From assembly GCA_963823665.1 (NCBI GenBank), contig CAWGMQ010000006.1, positions 1,216,001 to 1,280,000 of the forward strand: DNA of 64,000 nt, read 5' to 3'. The stretch comes from an uncultured Planctomycetota bacterium (GTDB taxonomy: Bacteria; Planctomycetota; Planctomycetia; Isosphaerales; Isosphaeraceae). Positions within the stretch are counted from its first letter, which is position 1. Every line of letters begins with the position of its first letter. The notes below the pieces were generated by a model. That model was not told the DNA's origin, made no database searches, and saw only the letters and a program-made list of their open reading frames with translations. The position numbers and the translations under genes were made by a program. This document shows positions 55,199-64,000 of the stretch, in pieces.

Positions 55199-56898
55199 AC
55201 GCTGCCGCGGCAGTCATGGTGCTCGCCCTGGCCGCCGCCGTGCCTGCACAGGATCCTGCATCTTCACCTGCGGCAACGGGCGGCGAGAGCGCGCACGATT
55301 TGATGTTCCTGGCGGATCACCGCCCGGTTTTCGTGCGTTTGCGGATCACAAACGGTGACAAACCGTTCGATGCGTCCTGGGTTGACTCGATCCGGGCGAT
55401 TTATTCGAGCCTCGACCGTAACGGCGACGGCACCCTCACCGTCAAGGAGGCCGATGCAAAGTTCGTCGTGCCGCTCCTGAGACTGGCCCGAGGCGCGGCC
55501 GTGCCGCCCAAGCTTCCCGAGCTCGATGTGAGCCCGAAGGATGGCAAGGTCTCGATCGAGGAGCTGGCCGAGGCGCTGCGGCCGATCGTTGGTCCCTTCC
55601 AGCTTCAGGTCGAGCGGCAGGCCGTCGGGCGCACCGACGCTCTGTTCGACCAGCTTGACCGCGACAAGGATGGGCTGCTCACCCGGTCGGAGCTATCCGT
55701 GATTCGCGGCTCAGTGCGGCCGCTCGATCTCGACGACGATCAAATGATCAGCGCGTATGAGCTCGACCCATTTAATGATCGGGCGATGGCCAACGTCGCT
55801 GTCAACGTGTCGCCCGGCCGCCAGGAGCGGCTGGACGCTTCTCCGCCGGTGGTTGAGCTGCTGCCGGGTGAGTCGACGCTTCGGCCGGCGCGGCTCTTGC
55901 TCAGGAAGTACGACAAAGCGAAGGAAGCCATACCGGGAAGCCAGAACAACAAGCTATCAAGCGAGGAGCTGGCGATCGATCCGGATGCGTTTACCGAGGC
56001 CGACAAGAATCATGATGGATCGCTTGACCTGGATGAGCTGCGGAAGTTCTTTCGCGCGGTGCCGATTGACGTGACGCTGGATGTGAGCCTCCCGTCCGAT
56101 GCTTCTCGCCGGGCGATGGTGCATGCGGCCTCGGGCGTGAGCCAGGCAAAGGAAGTTCGGGTTCGCCAGATTACCGAAGGCGACGTCGAGATCGTGATTG
56201 GGCAAGTGCGTGTGGATGTTCGGGTTGATGATCGACCGTATGCGACGGGCGATGTCGCCCGGATTCTCACGCAGCGGTTCAAGGCTGCCGACGCGAACAA
56301 GGACGGCTACCTCGAAGGGAAGGAGCTCGAGGCGATCAACGGGCCGCAATCGCCGCTGGCCGGGTTGGCGGAGGTGATCGATCGGAATGGGGACAAGAAG
56401 ATCTATTTGAAGGAGCTGCTCGAGTTCGGCGATCGCCAGAATGAGGCTGCGCGGGGGCGCCTGCTGGTCAATGCATCCGATCAGGGCCGGGCGATTTTCG
56501 GAATTGTCGACCTGGATCGGGACCGACGGCTCGGGGCACGAGAGTTGATGCGAGCGGTCGAGCGGGTGACGTCGTGGGACGGCGACAGCGACGGCCGCGT
56601 CTCGGCGGACGAGATTCCGTATCACTTTCAGGTGGGCATTGGCCGGGGTGGGCTGGTTGGTTTGACGGGTGGGGTTATCGGCGCGATCAGGGCGCAGGCG
56701 ATGACTGCGGCGCGAGGGGGCTCCGAGCCGGGGGTAGGCCCGGTGTGGTTTCAGAAGATGGATCGGAACCATGACGGGGATGTTTCGCGGCGCGAGTTCC
56801 TGGGGCCGCGGGAGGCGTTTGACCGGCTTGACAAGGATACGGATGGGTTGATTGATGCCGAGGAGGCGAGTGCGGCGAAGGGCAAGGACTCTCCGTAA
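55195..56898 (+). CDS. Secreted multi-EF-hand protein
   Basis: Signal peptide and many DxDxDG loops (DRNGDGTLT, DRDKDGLLT, DRNHDGDVS). Confidence 0.9.
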   Translation: MNAAAAVMVLALAAAVPAQDPASSPAATGGESAHDLMFLADHRPVFVRLRITNGDKPFDASWVDSIRAIYSSLDRNGDGTLTVKEADAKFVVPLLRLARGAAVPPKLPELDVSPKDGKVSIEELAEALRPIVGPFQLQVERQAVGRTDALFDQLDRDKDGLLTRSELSVIRGSVRPLDLDDDQMISAYELDPFNDRAMANVAVNVSPGRQERLDASPPVVELLPGESTLRPARLLLRKYDKAKEAIPGSQNNKLSSEELAIDPDAFTEADKNHDGSLDLDELRKFFRAVPIDVTLDVSLPSDASRRAMVHAASGVSQAKEVRVRQITEGDVEIVIGQVRVDVRVDDRPYATGDVARILTQRFKAADANKDGYLEGKELEAINGPQSPLAGLAEVIDRNGDKKIYLKELLEFGDRQNEAARGRLLVNASDQGRAIFGIVDLDRDRRLGARELMRAVERVTSWDGDSDGRVSADEIPYHFQVGIGRGGLVGLTGGVIGAIRAQAMTAARGGSEPGVGPVWFQKMDRNHDGDVSRREFLGPREAFDRLDKDTDGLIDAEEASAAKGKDSP

Positions 56899-56899
56899 C

Positions 56900-56961
56900 G
56901 TAGTAGGCACACTCCGTGTGCCGTTGCTCTTTCGAATCCGGCACACGGAGTGTGCCTGCTA
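56900..56961. repeat. GTAG-type REP doublet
   Basis: GTAGTAGGCACACTCCGTGTGCCG ... CGGCACACGGAGTGTGCCTGCTAC, an inverted pair immediately after the stop codon. Confidence 0.85.
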
Positions 56962-57032
56962 CGGGCGCCGCGGAGCGGCACCCAGAACGTTCCAGCGCGC
57001 GCAGGAACGATGGAAGAAGTCCCTTCGCGGAG

Positions 57033-58682
57033 AGGCTGTCATCTTTTGGCCGCGTTGCGGTAACTCGGCCGTTGGGCCTAGTCGGCTGTGATTCACCGCT
57101 TGGTCGCTCGGTTAGTGCCGCCGATTCACGCCAGTTCTCCAATAGCCCAGCCGTTGACGCAAACGCGCTTTCCTATTTTGTCCCTTTTTTGCAAAGTACC
57201 GCTCATTCCGCCAGTTTGCCCATCGCTGGGCGCAGTCTCCCTGCGACAACCAGGTTGTGAGCAATTGCAAACAACAATGCGACGGCGCGGCAACGCGGTT
57301 GGCCACGCACGGGCATAAACCAGAATCCTCGATTGCGAGCCTGGGCGTTGACCCACTCGGCTGTTTGGCCTCGCAGCCGGTAGATCAGCTTCGCGGCCTC
57401 GGTCCCCATTCGGATCCGCCAAGCGGCAACCGCTTCGCTGTCGCCCTTCTTTGCGGTGTAGGGATCTTCTCCATTTGCCTGTTTCTTTTTCTCGTCTCTG
57501 ATCGGCCCGTATACGATGCAGCCGCGTTGGGCCGCCTGATCGATCGAGTCCTTGGTCGTGAAGCCACCGTCAACCAATGCCTCATCCGGAATTCGTTCGT
57601 AACGCTCCTCCAACTGGTCGAGCATGGGCGGAAGTTCTTCGCCATCGTTCCCTGCGTTGGTCACCTCCACACCCACAATCACACCGCTTTCGGTGTCTGT
57701 TGTGAATTGAACGTTATATCCCGGCCGGAATCCTCCGTCTGGAAACTTCATGATCCTCGCGTCGGGGTCGGTGGTCGAAGCACGCGCTTCCCGCCCCTTG
57801 CGGCCGTAGGACTCGTCACGTTCGCGTTGCAGCTCCTCGCACTGCCGCATCGCTTCTTCGATCCGTTGCTGTCGCTTGTTGGCGGCACGCTCCCGCGCCG
57901 CTCGCTGCCGTCGAGTCAGCTCTGCTGTGTCCTCCTCGGCCAGTTTCTTCAGCGCCTCAACCTGCTCCTTCGCCGCTTTCAGGCACTCCTCCAGGCTACC
58001 GCGACGACGAAACGAGCTCTTGCCCGCGCTGGCACGCACTCTCATTCCGTCCTGAGCGACCCGGTCCATTTTCACCAACCCGGCATGGAGCAGGGTGCCC
58101 ACGATCTGCGTGAGCAGTTCGTTCAACTTCTCGCCCCCACAAGCGAGGAAGTGGGACAACATGCTGTGGTTGACGGTTACGCCGCCGCACAGCCACTGGT
58201 ACGGCAGACTCCCTTGGTTCTTTTCGCACAGCCGTTCGATTTCACGGGCGCTGCCGACTCCCTTCAATGTGGCGAAAACCCGCAATCCGACCAGCAAGCG
58301 CGGGTCGGTGGCATCTCGGCCGACATGTCGCTCGACGGCCTTGATCTCGCCGAGCCAGGCTTTCAGATCGAGCTTGCAGACCGCCGCCCAGACGACCCGG
58401 GCCGGATGGTCGGCCTCGAGCAATTCATCGAGCGATGCCCAGCGCATCTCGATCTGGTCGCGTACGGGACACCGCAGCCGCGGCTTGCCAGTTGGCATCG
58501 ACTGGGCAGCCTGGGCGGGAGAGGGCTGATCGGGCAAGTCTTCTGGGCTAAAGAGAGGAAGTGTCATGACGCTCGTCCTGCAACACCGGGGCTGCGTGGG
58601 GCTCATGCGGCGGACTACATGCATGGTATTAGAACGTGAACACTATACAAAATCAACCCCAACGCCGAAAAAATCACAGCCT
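57033..58682 (-). mobile_element. IS1182-family insertion sequence, about 1650 bp
   Basis: Terminal inverted repeats AGGCTGTCATCTTTT / AAAAAATCACAGCCT, flanked by a CGGAG duplication (or GGA with 1-bp longer ends). Confidence 0.85.
57203..58567 (-). CDS. IS1182-family DDE transposase
   Basis: DUF772-like LDELLEADHPAR...DPRLL...SAREIERLC, QDGMRVRASA, STTDPDARIMK, GYNVQ, LVDGGF, AEWVNA. Confidence 0.92.
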   Translation of the reverse strand: MTLPLFSPEDLPDQPSPAQAAQSMPTGKPRLRCPVRDQIEMRWASLDELLEADHPARVVWAAVCKLDLKAWLGEIKAVERHVGRDATDPRLLVGLRVFATLKGVGSAREIERLCEKNQGSLPYQWLCGGVTVNHSMLSHFLACGGEKLNELLTQIVGTLLHAGLVKMDRVAQDGMRVRASAGKSSFRRRGSLEECLKAAKEQVEALKKLAEEDTAELTRRQRAARERAANKRQQRIEEAMRQCEELQRERDESYGRKGREARASTTDPDARIMKFPDGGFRPGYNVQFTTDTESGVIVGVEVTNAGNDGEELPPMLDQLEERYERIPDEALVDGGFTTKDSIDQAAQRGCIVYGPIRDEKKKQANGEDPYTAKKGDSEAVAAWRIRMGTEAAKLIYRLRGQTAEWVNAQARNRGFWFMPVRGQPRCRAVALLFAIAHNLVVAGRLRPAMGKLAE

Positions 58683-58710
58683 CGGAGCGAAGGGCGACAA
58701 TGAAGAAATC

Positions 58711-58733
58711 GTCAGGCCTAAAGCCTGACCTAC
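58711..58733 (-). repeat. GTAG-type REP (GTCAGGC...AGCCTGACCTAC)
   Basis: Hairpin with a GTAG foot that supplies the stop codon of the upstream CDS. Second copy at 60732-60753. Confidence 0.75.
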
Positions 58734-60631
58734 TGGTTTTCGTCTGGCACAGGCAGACGCTCGCCGATCTTGACCAGCGAGTCGCGGATTTCGTCCTGCG
58801 TGGCTTCGAGGGTTTCGACTTCCTGGCGAAGCGGGGGTGGCAAAGTCGTGGCGGCGGGGCGGGTTTTGTCGACGACGACTGTGTCGTCATTAAGCCTTGA
58901 CTGAAGCAGGCGCACCATCTTGAGCTCGGCGACCAGGCGGTTGAGCTCGCGCTCGCGCTCTCTGGGCTCCGAGGGGAGGGGCTCGCCAGGCGGAGGGGGT
59001 GTCGTGGGCGGCAGCCGGCGAATAGCCTGGACGAGTGCCAGCAAGTCTTCCTCGACGCGGATTTCCAGCGTGATCGTCCGCTTGGAAACATCCTCGGCTT
59101 TGAGCCAGCTTTCGATGGTGCGCATCTCGCGAGAGAGGACGTGAAGTGTTGTCGGCAGAGCGATGCCGAACTCGGTTTCCTGGACCAGGGCGAGCAGGTG
59201 CTCGCAGCGGTCTGCAAGCTCGCCCTCTTTCTTGGAAAGGGCGGCCACGGTGAGCAGTGCGGTCCGCGATTTCTGCGCGACCTTGGGGGCCTGGGCCTGG
59301 GTCGTCTCGCGGATCATCATCTGGGTTTCGTGCATCTCTGTTAACTCGATCACGAGCCGGCCCTGGAGCTCGATGCGGAGCTCGACGAGCAGTTTCTCGA
59401 CTGAGCCAGCGAGATCGTCTCGCGATTTCGTGAGGATTTCGAGCGCGGTCGTCTGGTTCTCGGCTGCCGGGGCTGCGGCGGTTTTGCCCAGGTTGTCCTG
59501 GGCCGTTCGCATCGAGGCGCCGGCGCGAATCAGGTCCTTGCGCAAGGCGACGCCGACATCTCCCAGCCGGGCAGAGGCCTCCGAGAGGCTTTCCGTCGCT
59601 TCGTGGTTCTTGCCTTGATCGGTCGCGCGGCGGCGGAATTCGGCCTCGGCGATCGTTTTCTGGGTCTGCGCCACCTGGTCGTTCAAGCGATTGAGCTCTT
59701 CGCGGAGCAGGCCGAGTGCCTTTTCCTCGGACGAGACGGCGGCGCCTGAATCGGTGTCGCCCAGGTACTTCACGGCGTCAGCCAGATGAGGGTCTGCGCG
59801 GCGGAGGTGAGGAGGCTGCAAGTCGGCGAACAACGGGTCAGTCGCCAGGCCGGCGGCCGCGCGGCGGAGCTTGGTTTCACGCTCGTTGATTGGTGACAAG
59901 GCGTCCTTCGCGGCTTTGTCCTTCCCTTTGGGGGCATTCTTGGAATCGGCGATGATGGCCTGCTGGTCGCGAACGAGTGCAGCCAGATCAGGCTGGCGGC
60001 TGGTCGATCGTTCGAGGCGCTTGCGCTCGGCCAGGGCAAAGCGCGACCAGCCCAGCTCACGCTTTTCTTCAACGATGATGCGTTCGAGCTGGGCGAGCGT
60101 TTCGCGCATCTGGCGGAGCCGGGCCAGCTTGAGCTGGAAGTCGAGATCCTCGGCCAGGAGGAGGTTGCGCAAGTGCTGGAGCTTGGCGATCAGCTCCTTC
60201 ACCTCGGTTTCGGCCTTGCTGAGCTGCGCTTCCTTGAGCAGCTTGTGCGTCTCGCGCATCTGGTCGAGAATCTGTTCCTCGCGGGAGAACTGAAGTGCCA
60301 GGCGAAGCCGGGAGGCGTTTTCGGGCTCGAGCCCGCGAAGCGCCTCGGAGAGCCGGAACATCCGCTCTTCCAGCTCATTCATCTGGGAGGCGGCGTTTTG
60401 CTGGCTGAAGCCGATTGTGTCGCGGTCGGAGACGGTTGCATCCTTGGCTGTGGCCGGAGTCTTGGCGGTATCGGCCGGTTTCTTTTCGTCGTCGAAGACG
60501 GCGTCCGATTTGGCTGCGTCCTTGGTTTCCTGGGCAAGTGCGCGGGGGCCGATGCCGCCGCCGGCCGCGAGGACGAAGAGTGCCAAGAGAGCGTTGATTG
60601 GCCGGCGGGGATGCCATATGCGGCTTGCCAT
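58730..60631 (-). CDS. Secreted long coiled-coil protein (DUF4175-like)
   Basis: Signal peptide ending ALA-Q, then heptad-rich helical sequence ending LVAELKMVRLLQ. Confidence 0.8.
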   Translation of the reverse strand: MASRIWHPRRPINALLALFVLAAGGGIGPRALAQETKDAAKSDAVFDDEKKPADTAKTPATAKDATVSDRDTIGFSQQNAASQMNELEERMFRLSEALRGLEPENASRLRLALQFSREEQILDQMRETHKLLKEAQLSKAETEVKELIAKLQHLRNLLLAEDLDFQLKLARLRQMRETLAQLERIIVEEKRELGWSRFALAERKRLERSTSRQPDLAALVRDQQAIIADSKNAPKGKDKAAKDALSPINERETKLRRAAAGLATDPLFADLQPPHLRRADPHLADAVKYLGDTDSGAAVSSEEKALGLLREELNRLNDQVAQTQKTIAEAEFRRRATDQGKNHEATESLSEASARLGDVGVALRKDLIRAGASMRTAQDNLGKTAAAPAAENQTTALEILTKSRDDLAGSVEKLLVELRIELQGRLVIELTEMHETQMMIRETTQAQAPKVAQKSRTALLTVAALSKKEGELADRCEHLLALVQETEFGIALPTTLHVLSREMRTIESWLKAEDVSKRTITLEIRVEEDLLALVQAIRRLPPTTPPPPGEPLPSEPRERERELNRLVAELKMVRLLQSRLNDDTVVVDKTRPAATTLPPPLRQEVETLEATQDEIRDSLVKIGERLPVPDENQ

Positions 60632-60731
60632 CGAAAAGCTCCTGCTTGCGTGCAAGACTTCGGGTTTTCTGGAGCGCTCTCAAGTACGTTTCGCGCGCGA
60701 TGGAATTCCGTGATTCAATCGCCGTGCTCAC

Positions 60732-60753
60732 GTCAGGCTGAAGCCTGACCTAC
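60732..60753 (-). repeat. GTAG-type REP GTCAGGCTGAAGCCTGACCTAC
   Basis: Same family and orientation as 58711-58733. Confidence 0.75.
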
Positions 60754-60832
60754 GTTACGTCTTACTTTCGTCGATGCGGGGAGTTGATTGCAAGGGGATT
60801 CCTGTGCGAAGGGGTTGCAGAGGGTGGACTTT

Positions 60833-61606
60833 TCAGTGCGGAGTGGCGGCGAATACCATCATCAGGAGGTAGGGCTCGCCGAGGACGTGATAGATGCTGT
60901 GTGCCAGGATCACGGGCGTCAGGCTGCGGCGGCCGAGGACGTAGAGGCCGGCGTGAAGGGAGAAGAGAATGAACGACGGGAGGAAGCCGATCAGGGTCGG
61001 ATTTTGAAAAGCGTGATAGAGCGCCGAGCATGCGCCCGAGGCGAGGATCTGGAGCCAGGCCGGCACTTGACCGCGCTGTAACTCGGTCATGAACAGGCCG
61101 CGCATCAAGGTTTCTTCCGATACGGCCAGGAAGATGCCCAGCGGAGCGAGCAAGAGCCGTGTCCAGGTAAACTGCATGACGTCGACGCCGGGCAGGAGGT
61201 GGCGCGCACCGAAGCAGGCGAAGCTCGTGTAAGCTGCTCCGAGTATCACTGCCAGCACAAGGGCTAAAGGCGTTGTCGGGCGACCCCAGCCCAGCTCTGC
61301 CAGCGAGGAGCCGCGCCGGCGCTGCCAGACGATGATGTACGCGAAGGCGACCAGGCCCGCGATTGCGAAACTGACCTCGAGCCAGATGGCGCCGCGGTAC
61401 CAGCCCAGCCGCCGGGTTAGCTCGCCGCCCAGAACGACGAAACACAGTAACCCGAAGAGCGCACAGCCCAGGAGCGTGACCGCGAACGCGTTGCGCCATG
61501 CGATCCAGGGCGAGAGCTGCCCTCGCACCTGGCCGAACGGGGGTTTGCTACTCATCGCGATTGCCTCGTCGCGTGGATCCGGATCGCTTGCCGTCGATTC
61601 GTGCAC
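60833..61606 (-). CDS. CPBP family intramembrane metalloprotease (CAAX/Abi-like); start may be 61555
   Basis: EETLMRG, SALYH and AHSIYH motifs with multiple TM helices. Confidence 0.88.
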   Translation of the reverse strand: MHESTASDPDPRDEAIAMSSKPPFGQVRGQLSPWIAWRNAFAVTLLGCALFGLLCFVVLGGELTRRLGWYRGAIWLEVSFAIAGLVAFAYIIVWQRRRGSSLAELGWGRPTTPLALVLAVILGAAYTSFACFGARHLLPGVDVMQFTWTRLLLAPLGIFLAVSEETLMRGLFMTELQRGQVPAWLQILASGACSALYHAFQNPTLIGFLPSFILFSLHAGLYVLGRRSLTPVILAHSIYHVLGEPYLLMMVFAATPH

Positions 61607-61794
61607 TGAACCATCTTCAGCCTTTTCGCGGGCGAAAGACAGAAAGTTCCGCCGACGCGCTGTGTTTCAGTGTGGCCAAGACCGGCGGATGCGGCTAGAA
61701 CGAATCCATGAAATCCTGATTTGATCTGCTGAGCAGCGCCAGGGCATTGCAGCAGAAGCGGATTTCGGCAATTGATGACATTAAACCCAAGGCG

Positions 61795-64000
61795 ATGACT
61801 GTGGCATGGGCGCACGGGCAACCGATTGAAGTGGCGGTGTTGCTGGGTGCGCTGGCGCTAGCGCTTTCACTGCTCGGGCTGGCTCGCTCTATTTCCGATG
61901 CGCCGGCGGCTCGGTCGTGGCTGCTTCTGGTTCTTCGGGCGAGCGTGCTGGCGGGGCTGGTTCTCATTCTGTTCGGGCCGTCGCAGGTGAATGAAACACG
62001 ACAGCCCGGCCGAGATCCGAGCGTCATCTATCTCATCGACGCGTCGCGGAGCATGGGCCTGGGCGCCCCGGAGAGCAGGCTCGAACAGGCGCGGCGTACG
62101 ATCGAGGAAGCGAACGCGCTTGCTGCGCGGTGCGCCGCCGGTCAAGATTGAGTTTTACCGGTTCGGTGAGCGGCTGGCGGGGCTTTCCGGCGGAACGGTG
62201 ATGAAAGCGGTCGACAACGAGACTCAACTGGCTTCTGCTGTCGAGGAACTGCCGGCAAGATTCGCGGACGGCTTGCCGATCGGTGTGGTGGTCTTTTCCG
62301 ACGGCCGAACGACCGGGGCCGAGGCTCTAGGTGCGACGGCGCGAGGGTATAGGGCGCTGGGCGTACCAGTTCACGTCGTGCCGGTTGGCGACCCGCGGAC
62401 GGCGGGTGACGTGGCGCTCGCGAATGTGATCGCCCCGCGCGATTCGCCGGCGGGTGCACGCGTGCCGGTCTCGGTCGTGGTGCGCAGCCAGGGGTATTCT
62501 GGGCGGCGGGCCGAGGTTCAGATCCGGTATCAGGATCAAGCGACGGGCGAGCCGCTGGCGTCGCTGCCGATCGTGCTGTCTGACGGTGAGCAAACGCATC
62601 ACCTGGCAATCGAGGCCGGTCGGCTCGGGAGTCGCATTCTGCTCGCGGCCGTGACCGAGCTCGACGGCGAGGCGATTCGCGAGAACAACCGCGTTCCGTT
62701 TGAGATGCGCGCTCAAACGAGGAAGGTGCGCGTGATCTACATGGAAGGAGGGCCCCCCAATCTTTTTCGGCGGCTGAGCCAGGCCCTGGCCGAAGATGCG
62801 GACATCGAGTGCCTCGACATCGGGACTGTGTTTCGGGCCGGTGGCCGAACTGGCCTGGCGAGAAAGAACGATCCGGCTCGAGGCTATCCCGAAACGCGGG
62901 CTGAGCTGTTCGACTATGACGTTGTCATTTGCAGCGACATCGCACGTGAAAACTTCTCACAAGATCAGCTCAACTGGACGGTCGAGTTGGTTGCTGAGCG
63001 GGGAGGCGGGTTTGCGATGGTCGGAGGGAACAAGAGCTATGGGGCGGGTGAGTATCACAAGACCGTGTGGAATGGGCTGATTCCCGTGGATATGGGGCAA
63101 TGGGGGCTGGAACGCGGATTCGAGAACATCATCTACTGGGGATCAGGCCGGCTTTTCCGGGTGGTGGTGCCGCCGGAAGCGCAGGGGCATCCGATCTGGC
63201 ACTTCACCGACGACAGCGCACGGAACCGCGCGATCCTGGCGAAGATGCCCGTCTTCTACGGCTGCAACCTGGTCGACCGGCTCAAACCGGCGGCGATGGT
63301 CCTGGGACTCTCCGACAGGGCGCTCCTCAGCGTGGGCAAGGCGCCGATCTTTTCATGCGAGAGCTTCGGCCAGGGCCGCACGTTCGCGATGCTGACCGAC
63401 ACGACACCCGACTGGGGCCGCGACTTCGAGAGCTCGTGGGGCGAGAACGGAGATAATCGCTACTTTCGGCGGTTCTGGCGGAACGTTGTCTCCTGGCTGG
63501 GTGAACATTCCGCGGGCCGCAGCCGGCGGCTGCGCGTCGAGACCGACAAGCTCGTATACGCACCGGGTGAGTCCGTGCGGTTGAGTGCGCGTGCGTTCGA
63601 CGATCAAAAGGAATTGACGACGCGATATCGGCTGGAGGCGCGATTGGGGCTTTCCGGCGCGCCGGCTGAGTCAGTCTCGTTTCGCGGCATGGTGCCGCGG
63701 GCCGACCGGCCGGAATACGAGGCGGATCTCGCCTGTCCGAGCGTGGATGCCGGGCGTGCGGGGGCTTTTCATGCGGCGGTGGCTCAGGTCGTTGCGTTTG
63801 ACGGATCTCGCGAAGTTGCGCGAGCGGACGTTGAGATCCAGGTGCGCGAAGACTCGCCCGAGCTCCGAGATGTTCGGCCCGACCCTCTTGCGCTCGCGGC
63901 GCTGGCGGAGGCGAGTGGAGGACAGGTCATTAACGATGCGCGTTCGCTGGCGGCGATCTTGACAGGCGCCAAGCGAAATCCGGAGGTCACCATCATCTCG
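61795..64000 (+). CDS. Membrane vWA plus glutamine-amidotransferase-like (DUF1355-type) protein, frameshift near 62140, runs off the window
   Basis: Two TMs, LIDASRSM (MIDAS), VVFSDG, VHVVPVG, then YDVVICSDI...GGGFAMVGG..SYGAGEY. Confidence 0.8.

Noticed and set aside
4228..59217. Long antisense or overlapping ORFs (e.g. 6227..7441, 15076..16293, 38928..40133, 41097..42344, 57257..58639)
   Set aside because: Shadow ORFs of real genes in high-GC DNA with no recognisable motifs.
60833..61606. Abortive-infection gene
   Set aside because: The CPBP 'Abi' label is historical, and there is no defence context here.
2128..62151. Programmed frameshifting or phase variation in many genes
   Set aside because: Frameshifts hit unrelated genes (nitrilase, ADH, permease, vWA) without obvious slippery tracts. 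Long-read indel error is more parsimonious, though true pseudogenes cannot be excluded.

Overview
GC-rich bacterial DNA, most likely from Planctomycetota (Isosphaeraceae-like). This is inferred from the DUF1549/DUF1553-DUF1501 operon, membrane-anchored ECF sigma factors with long C-terminal extensions, and ECF-Ser/Thr kinase-WD40 pairs. Many genes carry single-base frameshifts, probably mostly long-read errors. Main content: (1) a 5.9-13.9 kb defence-like block with an intact 1459-aa TIR-CHAT-STAND-TPR protein, a convergent ArsR-fusion/HNH nuclease pair and an apparently exported NADAR protein. (2) A ~20.7-kb tandem array (18.2-38.8 kb) built from repeated ECF sigma/membrane Ser/Thr kinase units, with near-constant kinase N-termini, variable WD40/TPR C-termini, recombination scars (an ECF tail fused to a kinase, ECF and kinase relics, internal deletions) and a conserved bipartite upstream motif. 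(3) Further ECF/kinase and ECF-fusion genes, several internally deleted. (4) carA, GNAT, alcohol dehydrogenase, nitrilase-family, ABC permease, CPBP protease and vWA/GATase-like genes. (5) An IS1182-family element inserted in the loop of a REP-like hairpin, plus several REP-like repeat families, one sitting in frame inside a kinase. I recognised no rRNA, tRNA or CRISPR array.
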